Shown one piece after another: positions 1-7,191 of a DNA stretch of 13,448 nt. The position numbers and the translations under genes are program-made. Within the stretch, counting starts at the first letter, position 1. Every line of letters starts with the position of its first letter. This DNA comes from Pseudomonadota bacterium (lineage in GTDB: Bacteria; Bdellovibrionota_B; Oligoflexia; Oligoflexales; CAIYRB01). The notes under the pieces were generated by a model that did not search any database, was not told where the DNA came from, and saw only the letters and a list, made by a program, of their open reading frames with translations. Location of the stretch: positions 1-13,448 of the forward strand of contig JANOTL010000036.1 in the NCBI GenBank assembly GCA_031416315.1, given 5' to 3'.

Positions 1-244
1 CGGTCGAGCCCGAAGGGCACGCCGTCCGGTCCGTCGCTCGCAAGATCGAAGCCACGCGGGTCGCGAGTCTTCCAAAAACATCCGAATAGTCGACGGAAAG
101 GGCGCTTCCGTCTCGAACGTTCATCCGCGCTGCAGCATAATCCAAGTCGTATTCGAGGGATACGGACTCGGGGTCGACCGCGGTCAAGGTCGCGGCATCG
201 ACCCAGCCATGTTTTTCGCTGTGAAGTTGGAGGGTCAGGATCAT
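1..244 (-). CDS. N-terminal part of a HipA-like toxin/kinase (runs off the left edge, possibly truncated or chimeric)
   Basis: Not in the ORF track. ATG at 244 reads MILTLQLHSEKHGWVDAATLTAVDPESVSLEYDLDYAAARMNVRDGSALSVDY..., open to the window edge. The W-x-DAA...Y-x-LDY...ALSV pattern resembles HipA N-terminal domains, and HipB-like operators lie upstream. Confidence 0.55.
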   Translation of the reverse strand, partial: MILTLQLHSEKHGWVDAATLTAVDPESVSLEYDLDYAAARMNVRDGSALSVDYSDVFGRLATRVASILRATDRTACPSGST

Positions 245-256
245 CGAGGTGCCGAG

Positions 257-332
257 GTGAAAGTTATATTATAATGTGTATATATGATCTGAGATCTTGG
301 TCTAATTATACACTATTCGATATAAATTTCAC
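257..332. promoter_or_regulatory. AT-rich promoter/operator region with two 18-bp TATA(C/T)-N8-(A/G)TATA boxes
   Basis: TATAT-tataatgt-GTATA at 265-282 and TATAC-actattcg-ATATA at 307-324. Segments 257-282 and 307-332 form a 20/26 inverted repeat. A perfect TATAAT lies on the minus strand at 268-273, upstream of ATG 244. Confidence 0.6.
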
Positions 333-453
333 AGTTGCTCGATCCCATTATAAGTGCCGGAAGTGACCGCTTTGACTAGGTCAACCGCATTGCCGCCAAG
401 ACGGCGGCAGGATGGGGTCCTCATCGCCATTCGCGCGAAAGTTTGGCGCATGG

Positions 454-473
454 TTGACATTGTATATACAATG
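454..473 (+). promoter_or_regulatory. Probable brnTA autoregulatory operator/promoter
   Basis: Perfect 16-bp palindrome CATTGTATATACAATG at 458-473, overlapping TTGACA (454-459) and TACAAT (467-472), and ending 16 bp before the brnT ATG. Confidence 0.7.
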
Positions 474-489
474 AAATGCGAGGGTCGCG

Positions 490-772
490 ATGAAGTTTGA
501 ATGGGGATGAAGCTAAAAACTTAGCGAATCACAAGAAACATCGCGTCTGGTTCGAGGAAGCTCAGAGTATCTCGGCCGACCCAGTGGCGGTGGAGTTCTT
601 CGATCCCGAGCACAGTCGAGCCGAAGATCGTTTCATCCGCGTCGGCGTGTCGACCGCATCAAGGACCATCTTGGTCGTGGTTTGCGAGTATGACGCGGGA
701 AGGCGAGCCCGCATTATCTCGGCCCGCAAGGCTCCGTCTAAGGAGAGGAAGCAGTATGAAGAAGGAGTATGA
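490..772 (+). pseudogene. brnT: BrnT-family toxin with a +1 frameshift after codon 5
   Basis: ATG AAG TTT GAA TGG GGA TGA at 490-510. Removing one G from GGGG (503-506) restores MKFEWDEAKNLANHKKH...F.EA...DPEHS..EDRFI..G...RIISARKA..KERKQYEE, a canonical BrnT. Confidence 0.85.
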
Positions 773-1004
773 CCTCAAGGGTTTGAAGAAGCGTCCAGGC
801 AAGACGAAGGTCGATACCGACGCGGTCAAGGTGCCAATCAGCCTAAGACTGGATGGCAGCCTCTTGGCGGCGCTAAGGACCGAGGCGGACCGGATGGGGA
901 TCCCGTACCAGACGTTCATTGGCAGTGTCTTGCACCAGTACGTCACGGGCGAGTTGGTCTCAAAGAAGACGATCGATTTGCTAAAGCAGATCAGAGCGTC
1001 TTAG
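756..1004 (+). CDS. brnA: BrnA/CopG-like ribbon-helix-helix antitoxin, 82 aa
   Basis: MKKEYDL...KVPISLRLD...GIPYQTFIGSVLHQYV. It overlaps the brnT end and has an AGGAG RBS upstream. The true start is 756, not 690. Confidence 0.88.
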   Translation: MKKEYDLKGLKKRPGKTKVDTDAVKVPISLRLDGSLLAALRTEADRMGIPYQTFIGSVLHQYVTGELVSKKTIDLLKQIRAS

Positions 1005-1061
1005 TGGCGAGCCGGTTACGCTGAATGTCCGCAGAGATTCTCGAGTCATTGACCGCGGGCG

Positions 1062-1274
1062 ATGGCGTGCGACGCTGACACACCGATGAATCCCCGACCA
1101 CCGTCCGAAGTACTGTCGCTGATCCAGACGCCTCGTGACAACGGGCGCGACCCGCACGCACATCTAGCCCGCGTCTTCGCTGAATTGCGGCAGGCTACGA
1201 CGGCTGGCGCCGTCGCTGTACTACTGCCCTTCAGGCCACCGAACTGAGTCAAGGTCCGATCCTGAGGCGCTTAC
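1062..1274 (+). mobile_element. Degenerate IS66 right-end relic (TnpC C-terminus plus terminal IR)
   Basis: SLIQTPRDNGRDPHAHLARVFAELRQA...LLPF matches the IS66 C-terminal motif (compare RANGLEPEDYLERVFTDLP...LLPF at about 1970-2065). It is followed by GCGCTTAC ending at 1274, the reverse complement of an IS66-type GTAAGCGC end. Confidence 0.75.
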
Positions 1275-1351
1275 GAAAGTATGGTCGAACACTGTCGTTG
1301 ATAGCGAAAATGTTATACACCTACTCAGTCTTAAGCGGGGCACGGAGCGTC

Positions 1352-1849
1352 ATGACCAAGAACATGGAAGAGCAGCCAGAGAGTGACAGCGCGCGCGAAG
1401 GCGACGAGCGCACGTGGGTCGCCAGCGGGTTCACGGCCCGAGTAATCAAGAATGAGGATGACGAGGGTTGAGCCGTGACGATGACGCGAGACGGCGACTC
1501 CGAGCCGGTCCTCACCAGTCCGTGGGTGATGGGGCGCGACAAGAAGAACCCCAAGCCGCTGAATTATGCCGATTTCAAGACGCTGCTGAAGGGCGCGCTG
1601 GACGTCGTCACACGCCACGAGGCGCACGCCCAGGCTCAGCGCCACCGCAGCGTGCGGGTAGTCGACGCGGAAGGCGCTTCGGTCCGCATCGATCTCGACG
1701 TCACGGCCGACGAGGAAGACCCGCACGCGATGCTCACGGCGTGGGGGCCTGTCGGCGAGAAGTTGGCCGAGCGGCGGGTTGCACCGGATTTCAAGCTCAG
1801 CAGCACGAGCGCGGGCCAGTGGGTCGCCCGCGGTTTCGGCGCCGTCTGA
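1352..1849 (+). pseudogene. Conserved hypothetical protein interrupted by an in-frame TGA at 1469-1471
   Basis: GGAG RBS and ATG 1352 are in frame with ORF 1475..1849. The read is ...FTARVIKNEDDEG*AVTMTRDGDSEPVLTSPWVMGRDKKNPKPL.... From recollection of this family the stop position is Trp (TGG to TGA). Confidence 0.7.
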
Positions 1850-1900
1850 CGGCAACGGCAGGGCCGGCCGGAGCGTTTCTGGGTCGTGCAATGAATAGCT

Positions 1901-3443
1901 CTACGCGCGACACTGGAAACTAGAACAAACGGGGCGCTGGCTGAGCCAAAGGCGCCGCTGCAGCGCGAACGGCAGCAGGCGCTCGAAGTCTTCTTCAGTC
2001 ACGGCGTTCGGCAGATCCGTGAAGACTCGCTCCAGGTAATCTTCCGGCTCGAGACCATTGGCGCGCCGTGACGACAATTGAATAGAGAGCGGCGCTCGCG
2101 CGGGTACCTTGCAGCGAGGTGCTGAAGAGCCAAGCCTTGCAGCCCATGACGAATGGTCGGATGGAGTTCTCGCAAGCGTTGTTGTCGATCGGGACGCTGC
2201 CGTTGCCCAGGCAGACGATGAGCGCATCCCAGTCATTGTCGGCATACTGCAGCGCGCGGCCGACCGGAGTCTTCGGTGGCGTCGTCGCAATTTTTTCGTC
2301 CAAAAACGCTCGGAATCGGTCGATACACCACTTCGAATGTTTCTGCCGCATCGCGAGCGCATCGACCTCTTCGCCGCGAGCCCGGCGCATCGCGATGGCG
2401 CACTCGACGCGGTAAAGGCTTTGAATCTTGATCATCGCCTTCGCGGCGATCGGGGATTTTGCGGCGCCGCCCGCAATCTTCACGGCGTCGGCAAATTTTC
2501 GTCGAACATGTGCCCAGCATCCGGCACGCGTTGCGCCGGTTTCTCGCGCAAATTTCGAGTAGCCGTCGAAGTGGTCCGTGACAAGCGTCCCTTTATAGCC
2601 CTTGAAGAGACGCTCGACGACGGCGGTGTTCCTTTTGGGATCATAGTCATAAAGAACGATCCGCTGGCCGGGCGCCTCCGAGAACGTGACCCAAATGAAG
2701 CCCTTTTGCTGCGGTCGCCGGTCTGGCTCATTCAGAACTTGGTGCGGCGTTTCGTCGCAGTGGACGATTGCGCGCTCGCGCGTGCGTCGCACGAGGCGGC
2801 CAACGAGCGGCGAGACGAGCTCGCCGCACTTGATCATCCATGAGGCCATCGTGCCGCGATCCAGGTCGACGCCGATTCGGCTCAGGATATCTTCTTGCCG
2901 ATAGAGCGGCAGGCCGTCGCAGTACTTTGCCGTCGCAACGTGCGCTAGAAGACTAGGGCTCGCAATCGAGCGCGGAATGGGTTGCTTTGGTATCTTCGCG
3001 GTCACGATCTTCTCGCCGCAGCCGCGACATCCGTATTTCATGCGCTCGTGACGCTTGACGACGATCTTGGCCGGAACGTACTCGAGCTGCTCGCTAACCT
3101 CGGCACCGATCTCGTGTAGCGGGTGGCCGCATGTGCAGACGCGTTCGGCTTCCGGGAGCACATGCGGAATCGACTCGCGCGGGATTTCAAGCGAAATGGT
3201 CGTTCGGCGCGGCATATTCTTCTGCTCTCGCCCGCGCCGCGTCTTCGGCGGCTCGGAATCGGCCTCTGCTGGCTCCGACTCGGCCGGTGTCTCGAAAAGA
3301 AGGCGCATGGCCGTCATCGTCTCGCTCGACGATGCGAACCGCTTGCGCCGGAGATAGTCGACGAGGCGCTCAAGATCCTTGATTTCGCTCTTCAGACGAG
3401 CGATTTCCAGGTTCTTCTTATCTGCGACGACTTCGATCGACAT
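1901..3443 (-). pseudogene. tnpC: IS66 transposase TnpC, frameshifted near the C-terminus
   Basis: Motifs RKRFASSSE, CxCG..IG.EVSEQLEYVP, KYCDGLPLYRQ, DET, CWAHVRRKF and IDNN.CENSIRP. At about 2061-2067 ACGGCGCGCCAAT lacks one GC repeat unit, and the conserved tail ANGLEPEDYL...LLPF continues in the frame of ORF 1901..2362. Confidence 0.9.
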
Positions 3444-3474
3444 AAATGCAAAGTACCCGTTCCGAATTCGCGCG

Positions 3475-3828
3475 TCACCAACCGTCGACGAATTTCGCCG
3501 GACGATGTCGCTTCACCTTCGCGATGTCGATGCCGTCGAGGAGCCATTCGAGCTCGATCGTCGAAAGTGCGTGCACGAGATCGCCCGCTTTCGGCCAGGG
3601 AAATCGGTCGCGCTCAAGGCGCTTGTACGTCAGCGCAAGACCGGTCTTGTCCCACCACAAGAGCTTCACGCGGTCTCGGCGACGGCCGGCGAATGCGAAC
3701 AAAAATCTGCCGTCGAGTGGCTAGCGAATTTCGTGCATCACGATCGCCGCGAGGCCGTCTAGGCTCTTGCGCATGTCGACCGGCGCCCGGTGAAGAAAGA
3801 CGCCCTCGAAGGATTGAATTGCCTTCAC
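3475..3828 (-). pseudogene. tnpB: IS66 accessory protein TnpB with an in-frame TAG at 3721-3723
   Basis: GTG at 3828 overlaps the tnpA stop (GTGA). The read is ...PVDMRKSLDGLAAIVMHEIR*PLDGRFLFAFAGRRRDRVKLLWWDKTGLALTYKRLE..FPWP, with both halves in the same frame. Confidence 0.92.
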
Positions 3829-4145
3829 TGCGGCCCCGCCAGCGATCGGATCAAGATGCCGAGCTTGCGTGGATCGAAGTCGAGCGGCACCTCGATTCGA
3901 AGCCCACATGAAGTATCGACTCGCACCGTCGCCGCGGGCCGTGGCACGACGGGAACGAAGGCGCCGGCATTCGATGGCCGGCCGGCTCGCCGGCGGCCGT
4001 GACCGAAACGCCGGCGCCAATCTTTCAGCGACCACGGCGAAAGATCCCGACGCTGACAAAAGGCCACGATCGTCTCGCCGGATCGGTCGAGCTCTTCCAG
4101 AATCTCTCGCCACTCCTCGGCTCCACGCCGCTGCCGCTTTGCCAT
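3825..4145 (-). CDS. tnpA: IS66 accessory HTH protein TnpA
   Basis: MAKRQRRGAEEWREILEELDRSGETIVAFCQRRDLSPWSLKDWRRRF...FVPV. GGAGG lies 7 nt before ATG 4145, and this is the first gene after the left IR. Confidence 0.9.
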   Translation of the reverse strand: MAKRQRRGAEEWREILEELDRSGETIVAFCQRRDLSPWSLKDWRRRFGHGRRRAGRPSNAGAFVPVVPRPAATVRVDTSCGLRIEVPLDFDPRKLGILIRSLAGPQ

Positions 4146-4226
4146 GTCCACGCCTCCTCAGAAACGAAGCGCGGAAGCTAGCGGATCTCGGGGGCGTCGG
4201 CTACGTGGGGCAGGTCACGCGCTTAC

Positions 4227-4369
4227 CTACAATCGGCTTGCACTACGTCGGTCGCGGCCGCCTGACTCTCGCGAAGAAGTGGCTGGGCGACGCTTGTGCA
4301 TGCGGCGACGCGAGGTCCTGCGAGCTCACGGCAGTCCTGCAGGCGCGCCGATTCTCTCCGCGAAAGTAA
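4227..4369 (+). pseudogene. 3' remnant of a Sel1-like-repeat gene cut by IS66
   Basis: Directly outside the IS terminus the sequence reads TIGLHYVGRGRLTLAKKWLGDACACGDARSCEL...*, resembling the Cys-type Sel1 repeat G..Y...A.KW...AC..GD..SC. It has no start codon of its own. Confidence 0.5.
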
Positions 4370-4848
4370 CCAAAGTTGAAAGGCTCGCTGAGCCTCTATT
4401 GAGCCGCGATGATGCGGCCATTTTGGGGTTCAAAGGGGGTCTGGAGGGCGTAGCCCCCAGCGCGAAGCGGAGGGGGTGGTGCCACACCGGTGAGATCGGC
4501 ACCTGCGGCACCGCCGTGCGAAGCGTCGAAAATCAAGTTCGCGACGCTCAATGAGGAAAGCAGAACGAGCCGTTGAAGTTCGAGGGACTTGAGTACACTC
4601 GAAATTTCGACCCGGTTGGGAGGACCGAGTCGCGGGCGCCGCGATGGATTCGAGAGCATCTCCAGTGACGACGATTCGGACGGCCCCCTAAGTCCGCGTC
4701 GCGGCGAGCAGCGATGGTCCGAGGCGATCCACTTGTCCCGCGAAATAGAGCGGCAACGAAGTTAGCGTGTAGTCCACCGTTTCAGTTCCTCCGGGAACGA
4801 CGATGGCATGCGATAGACGGTCTTGCGACGGTAGCCCGCCCCAGGGTT

Positions 4849-4880
4849 ACGAACTCGGGCTGATAAAGGTCGGCGATGGC
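4849..4880 (+). repeat. 32-bp dispersed direct repeat, copy 1
   Basis: ACGAACTCGGGCTGATAAAGGTCGGCGATGGC is 29/32 identical to 6919-6950. Confidence 0.85.
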
Positions 4881-4896
4881 AGAGATGATCGAAATC

Positions 4897-5076
4897 CACA
4901 TCTCGTCAAAGCGCATCTTCCAGCCGCAAGCGTGGACGCCGAGTGAAGCGCTGCGCCTCCTGCGCGACGTGCCGGCGTTTGAGGCGAGCGGCATCCTCGT
5001 GCGCGTGCCCGACTGGTGGTCCCCGAAGAATCCACCACGCGCGAAAGTCTCTGTAAGCGTCGGCGCCAAGGCGCCA
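4897..5076 (+). pseudogene. Internal fragment of an SNF2-family helicase (N-terminal DUF3670-associated region)
   Basis: IFQPQAWTPSEALRLLRDVPAFEASGILVRVPDWWSPKNPPRAKVSVSVG resembles a conserved block of bacterial SNF2 helicases. The rest of ORF 4876..5601 appears to be non-coding or antisense shadow. Confidence 0.7.
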
Positions 5077-5113
5077 AGGCGCTTCAGGGATCAGGCGGGG
5101 TGCTTCGCCGAGC

Positions 5114-5141
5114 CCGCCACGGCGCTTACGCGCCGTGGCGG
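5114..5141 (-). repeat. Perfect 12-bp GC-rich hairpin (REP-like or terminator-like)
   Basis: CCGCCACGGCGC-TTAC-GCGCCGTGGCGG. The loop reads GUAA (GNRA) on the minus strand, about 90 nt downstream of the stop at 5230. There is no U-tract. Confidence 0.6.
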
Positions 5142-5229
5142 AATTGCTGCGTCCCGATCAACGAAGCGCTGGAACTTCGGTCGCGGCGACCGTAAGAATT
5201 TCGGTCTGGAACGGAGTGCAAAGGAACGC

Positions 5230-5571
5230 CTAGGAGCAGCGGCAGCTGAAGCTCGTCGCGTTGACTTGGACGTTGCCGTAGCCAGCGTGGCAGATGTCGC
5301 TACCCGCCGTGGCGCCAGCGCGGCGCTTGAAGTTGAAGCCGTAGAGGGTCGTGCCGGCCTGGGGGAAGTGGGCCTTACAAAGAAGGATCTCGCGATTGTT
5401 CCAGACGCTGTTGCCGCCGGGCGTCGTGCCGGACCGCCAGGGTGCGCCCTCGCCCGCCATCTCGCAGGTGACCTGGCAGTCGTAGCCGGTGCTGTTGATC
5501 CAGCCAGCGGCGAAGGCGCTGGTGGAGCTTACGGAGAGGGTGAGGAGCACGGTTTTGGCGAGACGAAACAT
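5230..5571 (-). CDS. Small secreted Cys-rich protein, 113 aa
   Basis: AAGGA RBS before ATG 5571. Signal peptide MFRLAKTVLLTLSVSSTSAFA|A. Six Cys in the mature part and a CxC at the C-terminus. Confidence 0.8.
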   Translation of the reverse strand: MFRLAKTVLLTLSVSSTSAFAAGWINSTGYDCQVTCEMAGEGAPWRSGTTPGGNSVWNNREILLCKAHFPQAGTTLYGFNFKRRAGATAGSDICHAGYGNVQVNATSFSCRCS

Positions 5572-5942
5572 GGGGGATTCCTTCTTGTTGATCACGAGTG
5601 ATGAATTTCTCGAGATTGACCGGAGCGATTTCAGGAGACGGATCTCTGAAAAGCGAGCCGGAGGGGGATGCGGAACGCAGTCTTTTCATGAGAGGTCGAT
5701 CTTTGTCAATGCTGAATGATTTTTAAGGCCAAGTTTATCGCGATACGGCTCGGCCTATGGCATTTCAACAGTATGCATATAATTCATGATTTTAAGTAGA
5801 ATTCATGGCTTAGCTAGCGAGGCAAAGCATTGGACGCAGCATCCTGCCTGCCCGGGCACGCTCGTAAGCATCGCTGCTGGTCGCGGCGGACGAACGCGAG
5901 GTGCGAGGGTTTCAACCGCGTCGCAACGCGCCTTGGCCTTGT

Positions 5943-6653
5943 CTAGCGTGCATACGAAGCTGAACTGGCCCTGGAGCGGGCGATCCAGATGATCTCGTCG
6001 ATCGTCTTCAAGACCTCGGGCGGCAAGTTCGAGCGGCGAGCGAGGTGGATGTCGTGGGCGCCGAAGCTCACGGGGAAACTTTGCAAGTTGACCTGCTTTA
6101 GTTGCCCCTTACGCATCAGGGGTGCCGCGACGTTACGCGGCATGACGCCGACGCCGAGCACGTTGCAGGTCAGCTCCTTGACTGACTCCATGTTCTCGCA
6201 GCTCAATGTCGCGCGGCGGCCGATGCGGCGGGCAAGGTGTGTCTCGCATGTGGCTCCCTTACGATCGAGCGCGGTGGGAAACCAGATCAGAGGCTGCGCG
6301 TTCAAGCCGTCCGATAGGGACGGATGCGCGAAGAACTCGTAGACGTCCGAGAACAGGACCCCGACCTTAATGTCACGCGATGGCATCAAGTTTGCGCCGA
6401 TGGCGCAGTCGATCTTGCCAGAGCGCAAGAGCTCGCTGAGCTTGGTGCTGCGCGACACGAATCCTCTGATGACGACCTGCTCATAGATCTGCTCAAGGAG
6501 CTTGCGAACGTCCGGCAGTAGGTAAGACGCGATGCTGTCGTACGTGCCAATGGACCGATCGATTCGCCGCTTCGGTCTTGAAAGATGCGACGTCATCTCT
6601 CATTGCAGCGAGCGCGCTCGCTTCAGCAAGTCCTGGCCGAAGTCGCAGAGTGC
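5943..6653 (-). pseudogene. LysR-type regulator remnant (HTH lost, in-frame TGA at 6600-6602)
   Basis: Substrate-binding domain IGTYDSIASYLLP...LRSGKIDCAI...ENMESVKEL...LGVGVMPRNVA. The linker helix ALCDFGQDLLKRARSLQ*EM is in frame upstream, and no HTH is recognisable. Confidence 0.8.
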
Positions 6654-6749
6654 AGGATAAGATCGAGTTCTTCTCGACGCGAAGCGGTCCGGACAGTTGT
6701 TATCCGAACGGCTGTCAAGGCGGAAGCCTGACCGGCGGCGGCTGACGCG

Positions 6750-6905
6750 GATGGGCTCCATGAGCTGCGCATGAAAGACGCGTCGGGGCAGTGCCGAGTG
6801 ATCTACTTGATGCGGTCGAAGGACGCCATTTACCTGCTCCTCGGCTTCAAGAAGAAGACGCAGCACATCGAACTCAAAGCAGACGAGCGATTTAAGAGAG
6901 GTTGA
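6750..6905 (+). pseudogene. C-terminal fragment of a RelE/HigB (Gp49-like) toxin
   Basis: Not in the ORF track. It reads DGLHELRMKDASGQCRVIYLMRSKDAIYLLLGFKKKTQHIEL...RFKRG*, with ELR, RVIY and FKKKTQ motifs. An in-frame stop at 6729-6731 cuts off the N-terminus, and no antitoxin follows. Confidence 0.8.
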
Positions 6906-6918
6906 GGCACCTTAGGCA

Positions 6919-6950
6919 ACGAACTCGGGCTACTAAAGGTCGGCAATGGC
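6919..6950 (+). repeat. 32-bp dispersed direct repeat, copy 2
   Basis: ACGAACTCGGGCTACTAAAGGTCGGCAATGGC is 29/32 identical to 4849-4880. Confidence 0.85.
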
Positions 6951-7191
6951 GGCCTTGCACGAGTGTAAGTGAAAATGAACGTGCGGCGCCGTTTGCACCG
7001 TTCCGATCAATGTGGACCATCTAAGTGGTGGTATTCCACCTAGCGCTTGTTTCCTCAGCATGTCGCGGCGTCAAATCGCGTATTCTCGCCATTGGCTTCG
7101 TTCTCGCGGAGCGCCTCCGAACCTCTCGCTTCGTTAGACGATCAGCGCATCGCGCAGCAGCAAGACTGTCCGACTCGGCGCGACGATCCGA

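Larger units (their letters stand above)
1901..4226 (-). mobile_element. IS66-family element, inactivated; left IR present, right IR not recognisable
   Basis: tnpA-tnpB-tnpC order on the minus strand. The terminus GTAAGCGCGTGACC starts at 4226. No matching IR or 8-bp target duplication is found near 1900-1960, so the left coordinate is approximate. Confidence 0.92.

Noticed and set aside
351..384. TAAGTGCCGGAAGTGACC resembling the arm-like repeats near the tRNA (possible far island boundary)
   Set aside because: The matches are short (about 9 bp exact) and no tRNA-derived core lies nearby.
1901..1914. CTACGCGCGACACT as a degenerate IS66 right IR
   Set aside because: Only 9/14 match to the left IR, it lacks the terminal GTAA, and there is no target-site duplication.
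2109..3911. Long plus-strand ORFs (244 aa and 262 aa)
   Set aside because: Antisense to the IS66 genes.
4396..4659. Minus-strand ORF as a serine recombinase C-terminal remnant
   Set aside because: The resemblance is too weak to support without a search.
4876..5601. 241-aa ORF as a single real gene
   Set aside because: It appears to be a chimera of an SNF2 fragment, hairpin DNA and the antisense of the secreted protein gene.
1469..6602. In-frame TGA codons as evidence of an alternative genetic code
   Set aside because: TGA ends genes at expected positions (brnT, the tnpA GTGA overlap, the ATGA overlap at 12003-12006), Trp is otherwise TGG, and another lesion is TAG.
7018..7140. Possible integron attC site (CATCTAAG ... 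GTTAGACG)
   Set aside because: The left core lacks AAC, the L boxes pair poorly, there is no cassette array, and the integrase is an xis-linked tRNA-associated type rather than IntI.
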